The notes below the pieces were generated by a model, which searched no databases, was not told the origin of the DNA, and was given only the letters and a program-made list of their open reading frames with translations. Of a stretch of DNA of 48,759 nucleotides, positions 27,951 through 37,298 are shown piece after piece. Origin of the DNA: Puniceicoccales bacterium (GTDB lineage: Bacteria; Verrucomicrobiota; Verrucomicrobiia; Opitutales; JAIRKQ01); the NCBI GenBank assembly GCA_031268375.1, contig JAIRXJ010000028.1, positions 1-48,759 of the forward strand, written 5' to 3'. The position numbers and the translations under genes are program-made. Each line of letters begins with the position of its first letter. Position 1 is the stretch's first letter.

Positions 27951-28931
27951 ATGATAATTGGCATAGAAAGCTCGTGCGATGAATCAGCCGTTGCCCTATT
28001 TGATGGGAAGATTGGTGTCGTTTTTGAAAAAATTTCATCCCAGGTAAAATTGCATGCCGAATACGGTGGCGTTGTCCCCGAACTCGCTTCCCGGGAACAC
28101 GTTAAAAATTTCGTCCCCCTGCTCAAAGATTTAAAAAATTTTGGAGTAGGAGAGGCAAAATTAATTGCCGTGACCAAGGAACCGGGGCTTCCGGGATGTC
28201 TAAACATTGGACTGGCGGTGGCGAGAGCATTGGCCCTTATGCTGCGCCTGCCGGTTAGGGAAATTAATCATTTGTACGGACATCTATTTTCCCCATTCAT
28301 TCCCGTCCACGCCAAGGACCCGCAATCGTTTTCCTCCAATTTGAAGGAATATCTTCCTCACCTTGGCTTACTGGTCTCGGGGGGTAATACGGTTTTGTTC
28401 GAAATATCGAAAAATCTTGCCATAGCAACGATCGCAGAAACCCAGGACGATGCAGCAGGGGAAGCCTTCGATAAGGGTGCAAGGTTGCTAGGATTGCCAT
28501 ACCCGGGCGGCAATTTGATCGAAAAGCTGGCAAGTTTTGGAAACCCAAAAAAATACCAATTTCCCCGTGCATTTTCGAGTAGATCGGACATGAAGTTTAG
28601 CTTCTCAGGGTTGAAAACGAGTCTGAGATATTTCCTGGAAAAGTTCGAGGGAAGTTTTGTTCCCCACATCAACGATATCTGTGCTTCGTACCAGGAGGCC
28701 ATCGTCGATACGCTGGCAACCAAGGTTTCCCATGCCCTCGAGCAACATTCTTGTAAAAGTATTGGTATTAGCGGAGGTGTTTCCAACAACGATACCCTGC
28801 GAAAAAAAATGGCAACCCTTGCAATAAAATCTAACAAGAAACTTGTCCTGCCCCTAGGCTACCACAGCGGTGATAACGCAGCAATGATTGCATTTGCAGC
28901 ATACATCAATGATAATTCTTATTTACTTTAG
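27951..28931 (+). CDS. tsaD: tRNA N6-adenosine threonylcarbamoyltransferase TsaD
   Basis: IIGIESSCDESAVAL, INHLYGHL metal site, LLVSGGNT, GISGGVSNN. Confidence 0.95.
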   Translation: MIIGIESSCDESAVALFDGKIGVVFEKISSQVKLHAEYGGVVPELASREHVKNFVPLLKDLKNFGVGEAKLIAVTKEPGLPGCLNIGLAVARALALMLRLPVREINHLYGHLFSPFIPVHAKDPQSFSSNLKEYLPHLGLLVSGGNTVLFEISKNLAIATIAETQDDAAGEAFDKGARLLGLPYPGGNLIEKLASFGNPKKYQFPRAFSSRSDMKFSFSGLKTSLRYFLEKFEGSFVPHINDICASYQEAIVDTLATKVSHALEQHSCKSIGISGGVSNNDTLRKKMATLAIKSNKKLVLPLGYHSGDNAAMIAFAAYINDNSYLL

Positions 28932-30089
28932 CCTGGCAAAACTTGGCAATCCATTTTCATAGGTACATTTGACTTCACCGGCAATTAATGGCATTGCGTA
29001 TTTGAAAAATGAAATATCCAATGCCATGTTTTCATAGACATACCATGATTCTGGAAATTCCTTTTTCCTATCGGAAATATTTTCAAAATCTACGCAATTT
29101 GCTTCCGCGGAATACTTACTTCCATCGGTGCGCAGCAGCGTGATCATTTTGCCACTTATCCCCCCGGTGATGGCAAGGTCCAGTGCTTTTTGAGCGCAAA
29201 GTTCAGATTCTATGACATCTACTTCCGACAGTGTCATGCAGGATGTCAATGCCCAATCGTGCAAAGAAATTAAATCTATCTGTACGTCAAAATTAGCCTT
29301 GGAAATAAATTTTATGTACTCTGCTACACCATGGGTGGCAGGATTTTCTTTCTTGGAATGTATAAGCTTGTCCCCGAGAACAATCACACAATTTCCATCG
29401 TTGCGTATTGTTTGGTGAACGTTCTTCACAAATGTCCCTTCGTCAAAGTTTGAAAGAATGAGCAAGTGTGGAGCATCGGCACTGTCCTTGCGCAGTCGCG
29501 CCAATGCCAAGCTACTAATCAGCCATTCGTCATCACATCCCTTTAATTCTAATATGGTTATTGCTCCACTGGTTTGCGTAGACTGGATATTGGTGATGAC
29601 ACTTTTAGCTATTAGGGCCAAATGTTTTGCCATGGACCCATACCCCAAACAATGGTCCGTTAGCTGTAGCCTATTGCGGTCGGATGTGGGAATAAACATA
29701 ATGCGCATCTCATATCTGCTTTCTTGAACAAATCTGTTGATCTCTTTACAGATGCCAATGGATGACTCGTCGCCTATAACAAATAGGTAACGGATGTTAT
29801 TTTTTTGTAAAACTTCTATTACTTTTACTACTTCCGTGTTATCGCAAGGAATAGATTTCAATGCTGCCCCTGGAGTCCCAATGAGATTGGCTATATTTTT
29901 TTGTTGTTGCCCTGCCAAATCGACAAATTGTTCATTCAGCAACTTGGAAACACCACCGATGCACCCATAAATTTCTTCGACGCAATCGAAATTCAATGCC
30001 CTTTTGATTAGTGCAGCCAAAATTACATTTGTAACTGCCGTCGGTTTCCCAATCTGTAAAATCAAAATGCTCCCACGTAATTCTTCCAT
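28923..30089 (-). CDS. Phosphofructokinase-fold protein with degenerate active-site motifs
   Basis: Collinear with PfkA, but GGDxPGxN reads IGKPTAVTN, GGDGS reads IGDESS, PGTIDND reads PTSDRNR and MGR reads KGC. Confidence 0.6.
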   Translation of the reverse strand: MEELRGSILILQIGKPTAVTNVILAALIKRALNFDCVEEIYGCIGGVSKLLNEQFVDLAGQQQKNIANLIGTPGAALKSIPCDNTEVVKVIEVLQKNNIRYLFVIGDESSIGICKEINRFVQESRYEMRIMFIPTSDRNRLQLTDHCLGYGSMAKHLALIAKSVITNIQSTQTSGAITILELKGCDDEWLISSLALARLRKDSADAPHLLILSNFDEGTFVKNVHQTIRNDGNCVIVLGDKLIHSKKENPATHGVAEYIKFISKANFDVQIDLISLHDWALTSCMTLSEVDVIESELCAQKALDLAITGGISGKMITLLRTDGSKYSAEANCVDFENISDRKKEFPESWYVYENMALDISFFKYAMPLIAGEVKCTYENGLPSFARLK

Positions 30090-30392
30090 AAAACTTAAAT
30101 TTTTTCAAAACCTGTTGCTAAAACTAAAATAGGCAATCATTTTTTAAATTTTGCAGAGTTAAAGTTTTACAAAAGTTTCAATTCAGATTCCCGGCGGGAG
30201 GAATCCCAAGATTAATGGATAAAAAGCTTTCCCATGTTTATCCTCTTAGCAATTGTCTCCCCCATAAGTTTTCTTCACTTCATCATTGGCATTGTTTTTA
30301 GGGGAAATATCGGATGAATGAATCTTTTGCCCGAGCTTCTTTTTACATTTACATATCGCCCGCCAGGCCTGTATTTGTACGGCCTTACGCCT

Positions 30393-30466
30393 TGGAGGCG
30401 CGAATCGGAATCGAACCGATGATAAAGGTTTTGCAGACCTCGGCCTTACCACTTGGCTATCGCGCC
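30393..30466 (-). tRNA. tRNA-Cys (GCA), CCA encoded
   Basis: Reverse complement: GGCGCGA TA GCC AAGTGGTAA GGC C GAGGT CT-GCA-AA ACCTT TATC ATCGG TTCGATT CCGAT TCGCGCC T CCA. Confidence 0.9.
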
Positions 30467-30556
30467 ATTTTGAATGCAGATCCAAGCAACAAAATCGCCA
30501 TACTTTTACAAGAGAAAAACTATCCATGCAATATTTTTATTCGGATTATTCATTTC

Positions 30557-31198
30557 CTAATTTTCCTCGGGAACTTTGTAGATGGCATCAACAAATTCTT
30601 GGCTTAGATTAATGTTGTTTACATCCTGCAGCAGGGAATCCAATTGCTCAGACTTCCGTTCGTTTTTCAGAATATTTGCTAGGACATAGGTCGCATTTCC
30701 CCTGAAAGCTCCGTCGAATTTTTTATTATAAATTACGGAATTTAAAAGTTTTTCAGCTCCCACGGTGTTATTTAATTTGTATTCCGCCATGGCCTGACCA
30801 ATTACGGCACGTGGAAACAACAGGTGATGTTTTAAAATTGTTCCAGCGTTTTTATACGCTGATTTGGCGGATTCGTATTCCAAACTTTCCAAATACTCAT
30901 CGCCGAGGAGCAATGATACTGCCCCTGCCAAAAGGTACTTTTTATATTTTTTGGTGAAACGTGTTTTGTCTTCCCTGGTTTTAAGGGAAGCGTATGCCTT
31001 TACCATATTGGAAATTTCATGGGCTGACCATAATTTTTGGAAACAAAACATCACCGCAATCGCAACCATAATTGCCGTAATGATCAAAATTGCTCTGAAA
31101 TTTTTTTGAAAAAATAGCCATGTTCGATCGCTCAATTTCGCCGATTGAAACGCTTCACCTAGGCCATTGTCATTGTTTTTCATATTGCACATTTGCAA
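30557..31198 (-). CDS. Membrane-anchored TPR-like protein (YfgM-like, tentative)
   Basis: One N-terminal TM (AILIITAIMVAIAVMFCF) followed by a helical-repeat region (LLGDEYLESLEYESAKSAYKNA...AVIGQAMAEYKLNN). The track start is TTG; ATGs at 31192 and 31183 are alternatives. Confidence 0.4.
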   Translation of the reverse strand: MQMCNMKNNDNGLGEAFQSAKLSDRTWLFFQKNFRAILIITAIMVAIAVMFCFQKLWSAHEISNMVKAYASLKTREDKTRFTKKYKKYLLAGAVSLLLGDEYLESLEYESAKSAYKNAGTILKHHLLFPRAVIGQAMAEYKLNNTVGAEKLLNSVIYNKKFDGAFRGNATYVLANILKNERKSEQLDSLLQDVNNINLSQEFVDAIYKVPEEN

Positions 31199-31246
31199 AT
31201 TGTTGAAGTGAGCAAAATATTTCGCACAAACTTAGCAAATAAATTT

Positions 31247-31969
31247 ATGCATAAATGTTTCTATGGGCATGATATGGGAGTTGGGATATTGGAGCTTTCT
31301 TCCCCCGAAAGCCATCACCTGTGCAATGTCATGCACGCCCGAATTGGATCAGCGATTACTGTGTTGAACGGCAAGGGATTTCATGCCTACGGCACACTAG
31401 CTGTGGCCGATGGGAAATGTGCACAAATTAGGATTGAAAGAATAGACAAATTTGAGCACCCAAACCATCCGACAACTCTTCTCCAGGCCGTACTAAAAAA
31501 CAGCAACAATGACTATATTGTGCGTGAAGCAACGGCGATAGGAGTAGCGGAAATAATATTTTTTGAGACACAAAATACGGAGTGTAAATTGAAGGAGAAA
31601 ATAGGTAATAAATTGCTCCGTTGGAAGCAAACTGCCGTTGAAGCATGCAAGCAATCCGGGAACCCATTTCTTCCAAAAATTTCATATTTTGAAAAGCTTG
31701 AATCCATCAACCTGTTGCCGTTTGGCACAAAACTTTTCGGCGGATTGAAAGAAAGTTCTCAACCGATAAAAAAAGTCATTTCAACCCATCATCCGAAGTC
31801 GAATATTTGTATGGCCATAGGTCCAGAGGGGGATTTTTCCCCATCCGAATATGCCCATCTAATAGGGTATGGTTTTATTGAATGTAGGTTGACACATCCT
31901 AACGTCCTGCGATCAGAAACTGCTGCCATATATGCCTTGAGTGTTTTGGATCAACTCACCAATTTCTAA
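31247..31969 (+). CDS. rsmE: 16S rRNA (uracil1498-N3)-methyltransferase RsmE
   Basis: SPESHHLCNVMHARIGSAITVLNGKG (PUA-like N-terminus) and IGPEGDFSPSE (GPEGGfs.E). ATG at 31247 is preferred over TTG at 31193. Confidence 0.85.
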   Translation: MHKCFYGHDMGVGILELSSPESHHLCNVMHARIGSAITVLNGKGFHAYGTLAVADGKCAQIRIERIDKFEHPNHPTTLLQAVLKNSNNDYIVREATAIGVAEIIFFETQNTECKLKEKIGNKLLRWKQTAVEACKQSGNPFLPKISYFEKLESINLLPFGTKLFGGLKESSQPIKKVISTHHPKSNICMAIGPEGDFSPSEYAHLIGYGFIECRLTHPNVLRSETAAIYALSVLDQLTNF

Positions 31970-31991
31970 CATTCAACACCTGCCATGGGGT

Positions 31992-32360
31992 TTATAGTCT
32001 CTCGCCATCAACTTCCGTTTCCGATGGTGAGGAAATTTCCAGATTCCATTCGGACAGCTTTTCGATTTTGTCGTTGGTCAGAGCCAATAGGAAACGTTTG
32101 CCATAATGTTCGATGACCGTCAGATATTTCCTGCCACTTAGGATGCGTATGGCAACGACTTTAATTTCATCGCCACTGGACTTTGGCGAGTTTTTATAAT
32201 TACAAAAATATCCACGCCTATGGAATTGAACGAAGAAATAGCCACCCAAGGCCAGCAAAGACAGAAATATGGCAGTGCGTACCACCATCGAGGCGACGCT
32301 TATTTGGGTAGGCGTAGCCAATGCTTCCCCCAGAATTGATGTTATGGGTAAGTTACACAT
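31992..32360 (-). CDS. Small single-pass membrane protein, FliO-like (tentative)
   Basis: TM AIFLSLLALGGYFFVQF followed by IKVVAIRILSGRKYLTVIEHYGKRFLLALTNDKIEKLSEW, collinear with E. coli FliO LKISASASLGARERVVVVDVEDARLVLGVTAGQINLL. Confidence 0.4.
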   Translation of the reverse strand: MCNLPITSILGEALATPTQISVASMVVRTAIFLSLLALGGYFFVQFHRRGYFCNYKNSPKSSGDEIKVVAIRILSGRKYLTVIEHYGKRFLLALTNDKIEKLSEWNLEISSPSETEVDGERL

Positions 32361-32393
32361 GATATTCTTTTTATTGCAATTAACCGTGAGACA

Positions 32394-32819
32394 TTATTGC
32401 TTTTGTATGGTATGTGCCCCCGAACCGATAAACATAAATCCGTACATTGCGGCCGCCAACATTGCAAGATGGGCTACTTCCTCGATCGGGTTACTCCCCG
32501 CCTGATACTTGAGAACCGCTTCCAATAGGAAAAATGTTCCAAATAAAAATGTGCTCGTTTTAAAAAATGCTCCCAGGGCTATCATTATGCCACACACAAT
32601 ATGGCATATGGCAATTATCCATCCCAGATACAATGGCAGTGGTAGAGTGCCGCCTGTGCTTAATGAAACACTTCTAATACCTCCCAGCAAAGCCAGGGAG
32701 GATGGTCCCTCTACGAAAAACATGATACCTTTGGCTGCCAAGACTATACCAAAAATCAACCGGATAAATAATTTACCAAAGTCTTGCCTGTCAAAAAATA
32801 AACCACTCATTGCTTTCAT
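32394..32819 (-). CDS. DoxX family membrane protein
   Basis: 141 aa with four hydrophobic segments. LFIRLIFGIVLAAKG at the N-terminus is typical of DoxX. Confidence 0.6.
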   Translation of the reverse strand: MKAMSGLFFDRQDFGKLFIRLIFGIVLAAKGIMFFVEGPSSLALLGGIRSVSLSTGGTLPLPLYLGWIIAICHIVCGIMIALGAFFKTSTFLFGTFFLLEAVLKYQAGSNPIEEVAHLAMLAAAMYGFMFIGSGAHTIQKQ

Positions 32820-32895
32820 ATTAAATTGTTTTCATTTAAAAACCATAAAAAAATGATGCTTGATTGTTTAATTTTCAATATTATCCATCTTTGCC

Positions 32896-33954
32896 ATGAA
32901 AACCGATGCAAGGGACCTAAGAGATCCGAACACACTGGAACAGGCTATGGCTGCAATAAATAAGCAGTTCGGGGAAGGCTCCATCATGAAATTGGGAAAT
33001 GCGAAAAAAATGGACGTTTCCGTTATCTCCACGGGATCTCTCGCCCTCGATTTGGCCCTCGGAGTGGGAGGACTTCCCCGGGGCAGGATTTGTGAAATCT
33101 TTGGTCCGGAATCTTCGGGTAAAACGACATTTTGCCTAAGTCTCATAGCGGAAGCCCAAAGGGGAGGTGGAAATGCCGTGTTCATCGACGTGGAGCATGC
33201 ACTCGACCCAAGATACGCTAAGGTTGTGGGTGTTGATTTGGATAGCCTTATGGTGGCACAACCCGAAAATGGAGAGGATGCGTTAAATATAACGGAAACA
33301 CTAATTCGATCTGGAGCCGTCGACGTCGTCGTTGTCGATTCCGTCGCTGCCCTAATAAGCAAAGCAGAACTCGATGGCCAAATGGGAGACATAACGATTG
33401 GGTCCCAAGCCAGAATGATGAGCCAAGCCATGCGCCGATTGACATCCGCCATCAGCAAATCCAAGTGTGTGTGCATATTTACAAATCAAATTCGAGAAAA
33501 AATTGGGGTGATGTTTGGCAATCCAGAAACAACACCGGGGGGAAGAGCATTAAAATTCTTTGCTTCCGTTAGGCTCGACATTCGCAGGACGGGGCAAATA
33601 AAAGAGAGTTCCGGAAAAGTTACGGGGAATAGAACACGGGTTAAAATTGTAAAAAATAAAGTGGCTGCACCGTTTACCGAATGTGAATTCGACATAATGT
33701 TCGATGAAGGGATTTCAAAAACTGGTTCAATCATAGACCTAGGCCTTGAGCATAAAATTTTGGAAAAGAAGGGGGCTTGGATCGCCCATAACGGCAAACT
33801 CATTGGCCAGGGCCGCGAAGCCGCAAAACAATATCTTAAAAACAATCCCGATACGGCAAAATTGTTGGAAGAGGAAATTAAGAAAATTGTTCACGTTTCC
33901 GGAGGAACAGTCCTAGCGGAAAATGTGGATGAAGACATGAATGCACCGAACTGA
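32896..33954 (+). CDS. recA: Recombinase RecA
   Basis: [71 protein letters not shown]. Confidence 0.98.
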   Translation: MKTDARDLRDPNTLEQAMAAINKQFGEGSIMKLGNAKKMDVSVISTGSLALDLALGVGGLPRGRICEIFGPESSGKTTFCLSLIAEAQRGGGNAVFIDVEHALDPRYAKVVGVDLDSLMVAQPENGEDALNITETLIRSGAVDVVVVDSVAALISKAELDGQMGDITIGSQARMMSQAMRRLTSAISKSKCVCIFTNQIREKIGVMFGNPETTPGGRALKFFASVRLDIRRTGQIKESSGKVTGNRTRVKIVKNKVAAPFTECEFDIMFDEGISKTGSIIDLGLEHKILEKKGAWIAHNGKLIGQGREAAKQYLKNNPDTAKLLEEEIKKIVHVSGGTVLAENVDEDMNAPN

Positions 33955-34038
33955 TCCACGTTAATTGTAAATGGGAGATCTCCTCCATATCTGCTTTACA
34001 AAATACGTTCTTTTGTCAATTGTGAGCCATAGAACTCC

Positions 34039-35838
34039 ATGGATCCGGTAAACAAAATAAGGAATTTTTGCATCATTGCCCACGTTGACCATGGTAAAAC
34101 TACTCTCTCGGACCGGTTGCTGGAGCATACGAATACGGTTGTTAAACGGGAGATGCAAGATCAATTGTTGGATTCCATGGATCTGGAGCGTGAACGGGGC
34201 ATAACGATTAAAAATCACCCGGTCTCAATGAGATATAATCACCCGACCAAGGGAAATTTTCTCCTGAACCTGAATGATACGCCCGGCCATGTGGATTTTT
34301 CCTACGAGGTTTCGAGAAGTTTGGCAGCTTGCGAAGGAGCCCTGCTGTTGGTCGACGCATCCCAGGGCATTGAGGCACAAACCGTTGCCAATGCAAACCT
34401 GGCGATGGCCCATGGATTAACCATCATTCCAGTGATTAACAAAATAGATCTGCCGGGTGCGCACGTGGAAGATGTTTTGCGCCAACTGGAAGATGTTTTG
34501 ACCATTCCTAGGGAGGAAGCTCTTTTAGCGAGTGCGAAGTCGGATATCGGCATCGACGACATCCTAAACGCCATAGTCGATAGAATTCCGGCTCCTCCGG
34601 CACAAAAGATTTCCCAAACCCGTGCATTGATTTTCGATTCCATCTTTGACCCATACAAGGGGGTAATTTGCCATGTTAGGATATTTTCAGGATCTTTAAA
34701 AGTGGGTGATACCATCTACATGATGCGTACCGGAATGAGTAATGTGGTCAAGGAAGTCGGATGTTTTTGTCCCAAAATGCGTCCACTGGACATTCTCAGC
34801 GAAGGTCAAATAGGATATATCATTGCTAATATCAGGAATGTTTCGGAAGTTAAAATTGGTGACACCATAACGCTGGCAAATGATCCAGCCAAGGAGATGC
34901 TATCCGGCTACAAAGACGTTCGCCCGATGGTATTTAGTGGCGTATATCCCATCGATACCAATGATTTTGAAAAATTGAAATCCAGCTTGGCAAAATTGCA
35001 GCTGAATGATGCTTCCCTTGTCTATCAATCGGAAAGTTCCATCGCCTTAGGTTTTGGATTTCGCTGTGGATTTCTTGGGCTACTGCACATGGATATCATC
35101 CAGGAACGTTTGCGGCGCGAATATGATTTGGACATCATTTCCACCTATCCAAGTGTTGTCTATGAGGTAAAACTGACAGATGATAGCTGGATAGAGGTTG
35201 ATAATCCCCTAAAATTGCCTGACCCATCGCATATCTCCGAAATTCATGAGCCGACCATATGCGCAAAGATTCACATTCCCAATGCATCGATTGGGGACAT
35301 TCTTGCACTAATCAGTGAAAAACGTGGAGAATGCAATGGGACCGAAACATTGGATACCAACAAAGTGATTCTATCCTGCAATCTCCCCCTGAATGAAATC
35401 TTGATAGATTTTAACGACAGACTGAAAAGTATCACACGGGGCTATGGTTCCATGGATTACGACTTCGGAGAATATATCCAGTCCGACCTTGTGCGTCTGG
35501 ACATCCTTGTCAATGGGGATTCGGTCGATGCATTTTCATCCATTGTTCACCGGACGAAAGCAACATCCCGGGGCCGTGAAATGTGCGAAAAATTAAAAGA
35601 ATTATTACCTCGCCAACTTTTCAAAGTCGCGATACAGGCTGCCATTGGAAGCAATGTTGTTGCCCGGGAAACACTTGGAGCTCTGCGAAAAGATGTCACA
35701 GCCAAGTGCTACGGCGGAGACATTTCTCGGAAAAGAAAATTGCTCGATAAGCAGAAGGAAGGCAAGAAAAGGATGAAACAGATTGGCAGGGTTTCAATTC
35801 CTCAAGATGCCTTCCTAAAGATCTTGAAATCGTCATAG
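34039..35838 (+). CDS. lepA: Elongation factor 4 (LepA)
   Basis: IIAHVDHGKTTLSDRLL, DTPGHVDF, NKIDL, and the LepA-specific C-terminus GYGSMDYDF...CYGGDISRKRKLLDKQKEGKKRMKQIG. Confidence 0.98.
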   Translation: MDPVNKIRNFCIIAHVDHGKTTLSDRLLEHTNTVVKREMQDQLLDSMDLERERGITIKNHPVSMRYNHPTKGNFLLNLNDTPGHVDFSYEVSRSLAACEGALLLVDASQGIEAQTVANANLAMAHGLTIIPVINKIDLPGAHVEDVLRQLEDVLTIPREEALLASAKSDIGIDDILNAIVDRIPAPPAQKISQTRALIFDSIFDPYKGVICHVRIFSGSLKVGDTIYMMRTGMSNVVKEVGCFCPKMRPLDILSEGQIGYIIANIRNVSEVKIGDTITLANDPAKEMLSGYKDVRPMVFSGVYPIDTNDFEKLKSSLAKLQLNDASLVYQSESSIALGFGFRCGFLGLLHMDIIQERLRREYDLDIISTYPSVVYEVKLTDDSWIEVDNPLKLPDPSHISEIHEPTICAKIHIPNASIGDILALISEKRGECNGTETLDTNKVILSCNLPLNEILIDFNDRLKSITRGYGSMDYDFGEYIQSDLVRLDILVNGDSVDAFSSIVHRTKATSRGREMCEKLKELLPRQLFKVAIQAAIGSNVVARETLGALRKDVTAKCYGGDISRKRKLLDKQKEGKKRMKQIGRVSIPQDAFLKILKSS

Positions 35839-35883
35839 TGATACATTTTTACAAATGTGCAAGCTCATATGACCATGGATGGT

Positions 35884-36285
35884 TTATTTTTTCATCCAAT
35901 CGACGATTTTTGATTCTGCAAGCTTCCACAACACACCGGCTCCACCAGCTACAGAAGAGTATCCTAGGGCAACATTGCCCGCAAAAATGGAATATATTCC
36001 AAAGGCGACGGATCCAAGGGCTGCAAGGGCTTCCCCCGTTTCTGTGACACGCAACGTGGTAACTGCCCTGTCCGAAAGAGATTTTTTCTTTTTTATATTA
36101 TCCATTTGCAGGCTTATTGTCCCATCGGGGTTTTGGACTGGTGTTACGTTTGCGGTAATCCGTTTTCTTTTTTCAGGTTTCCTGACTAGGTTCATTAGGT
36201 TATTGGCTGATTCTGGGCTGATTTGAGGTGCCGCAGTATACGTTGACCCTGCTCTCCCCGGCGTTTGCGTAATTGGTTCAGACAT
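35884..36285 (-). CDS. Hypothetical small protein with C-terminal Gly/Ala-rich bilobed hydrophobic segment
   Basis: 133 aa. The N-terminal ~90 aa are polar and basic, with low complexity. The C-terminus is GEALAALGSVAFGIYSIFAGNVALGYSSVAGGAGVLW. ATG start; no family recognised. Confidence 0.5.
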   Translation of the reverse strand: MSEPITQTPGRAGSTYTAAPQISPESANNLMNLVRKPEKRKRITANVTPVQNPDGTISLQMDNIKKKKSLSDRAVTTLRVTETGEALAALGSVAFGIYSIFAGNVALGYSSVAGGAGVLWKLAESKIVDWMKK

Positions 36286-36436
36286 TGTTAACCTTTGTTG
36301 AAAATATTTCGCTTAAACTTTACTTGGGCAAACAACTATGTCAATAAATTTACTAAATTTCCCCCCGACAAGGGATTTCTGATTAATATTTTTCACAAAA
36401 AAAATTTTTCTCTTGGGATGAAACAGTAGTCCATAT

Positions 36437-36934
36437 TCAAATATCAAAAATGTCCCTGGCTGCGAAAAGTTTTACTTTTTGATCCGTACACTTTGTAATT
36501 AGCCGATCAATATGCCGATTTTCAACGACAAAATTGGGAACGATTTCCTTTAGGGGCGCCAGGATAAAGTTACGGTCGAGCATGCGTGGATGTGGAATTA
36601 TTAAATCCGGTGTTGAGATTTTTTCGGCATTGAAGATCAAGAGATCGATGTCTATGTTCCTTGGTCCAAACTCGATGGTTTTATTTCTGCCAATGGAACA
36701 TTCGATAGCCTGGCAGAACCTAAGTAATTGCAGCGCATTAAACGTTGTTTTGATAGATAATACGCAGTTGAGAAAGTTTGGTTGGTTTGCCAAAATTTGG
36801 GGTTCTGTTTCGTAGACACTGGAACATTTTTCAATTTTTAGGCCATCGCACTTTAATTTTGATACAGCAAGGGCCAAAAACCCCAAACGATCTCCAAGGT
36901 TACTTCCAAGCGACAAATAGGCTTCATTGTTCAT
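36437..36934 (-). CDS. folK: 2-amino-4-hydroxy-6-hydroxymethyldihydropteridine pyrophosphokinase
   Basis: AYLSLGSNLGDR, YETEPQ, GPRNIDIDLL, IIPHPRM. Confidence 0.88.
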   Translation of the reverse strand: MNNEAYLSLGSNLGDRLGFLALAVSKLKCDGLKIEKCSSVYETEPQILANQPNFLNCVLSIKTTFNALQLLRFCQAIECSIGRNKTIEFGPRNIDIDLLIFNAEKISTPDLIIPHPRMLDRNFILAPLKEIVPNFVVENRHIDRLITKCTDQKVKLFAARDIFDI

Positions 36935-37298
36935 TGTGCGAAAATGTCGATGAGAATCCCAACCCTGAAAAACTCTTATCCGCCAAAGAATCGGGAAATT
37001 TTTTAATCACGATATCCAGCAGCGTGATTTGCTGAAATTTCCGAAATACTGTGTTTGCTATGTGCTGTGCTAGCTTTTCCAGAAGATTAAAAGATGAACC
37101 CTGAACAGCTTCTAATATTGTCCCTAGTAATTCTGTATAATCGACGGTGTGGGAAACCATGTCGGACTCTTTCGCCCGGGTAGCATCGAATTGGGCTTTT
37201 GCTGAAATTAGGAAACGCTGTAACCTAAATTTTTCTCCAATGGAGGTTCCGTGTTTAGCAAATATCTCAATGTCATCTATGAAAATTTTGTCGTTCAT
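36924..37298 (-). CDS. folB: Dihydroneopterin aldolase
   Basis: MNDKIFIDDIEIFAKHGTSIGEKFRLQRFLISAKAQFD and DYTEL fit FolB. ATG at 37298 is preferred over TTG at 37313. It overlaps folP and folK. Confidence 0.75.
   Translation of the reverse strand: MNDKIFIDDIEIFAKHGTSIGEKFRLQRFLISAKAQFDATRAKESDMVSHTVDYTELLGTILEAVQGSSFNLLEKLAQHIANTVFRKFQQITLLDIVIKKFPDSLADKSFSGLGFSSTFSHNEQ

Noticed and set aside
30186-30210. Hairpin GATTCC-cggcgggag-GGAATC between tRNA-Cys and the PFK-like gene, considered as an SRP RNA fragment or terminator
   Set aside because: The flanks lack the SRP domain IV consensus. No U-tract follows on either strand. A 6-bp stem alone is weak evidence.
32868-33476. 202-aa ORF antisense to recA
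   Set aside because: recA on the + strand is unequivocal. The antisense product is low-complexity (runs of S, T, A, P) with no start context.
33990-34000. 10-bp perfect palindrome GGAGATCTCC (position approximate) between recA and lepA
   Set aside because: It is too short and has no loop, so it cannot be a terminator. It is a single occurrence with no second half-site pattern, so it is likely chance.
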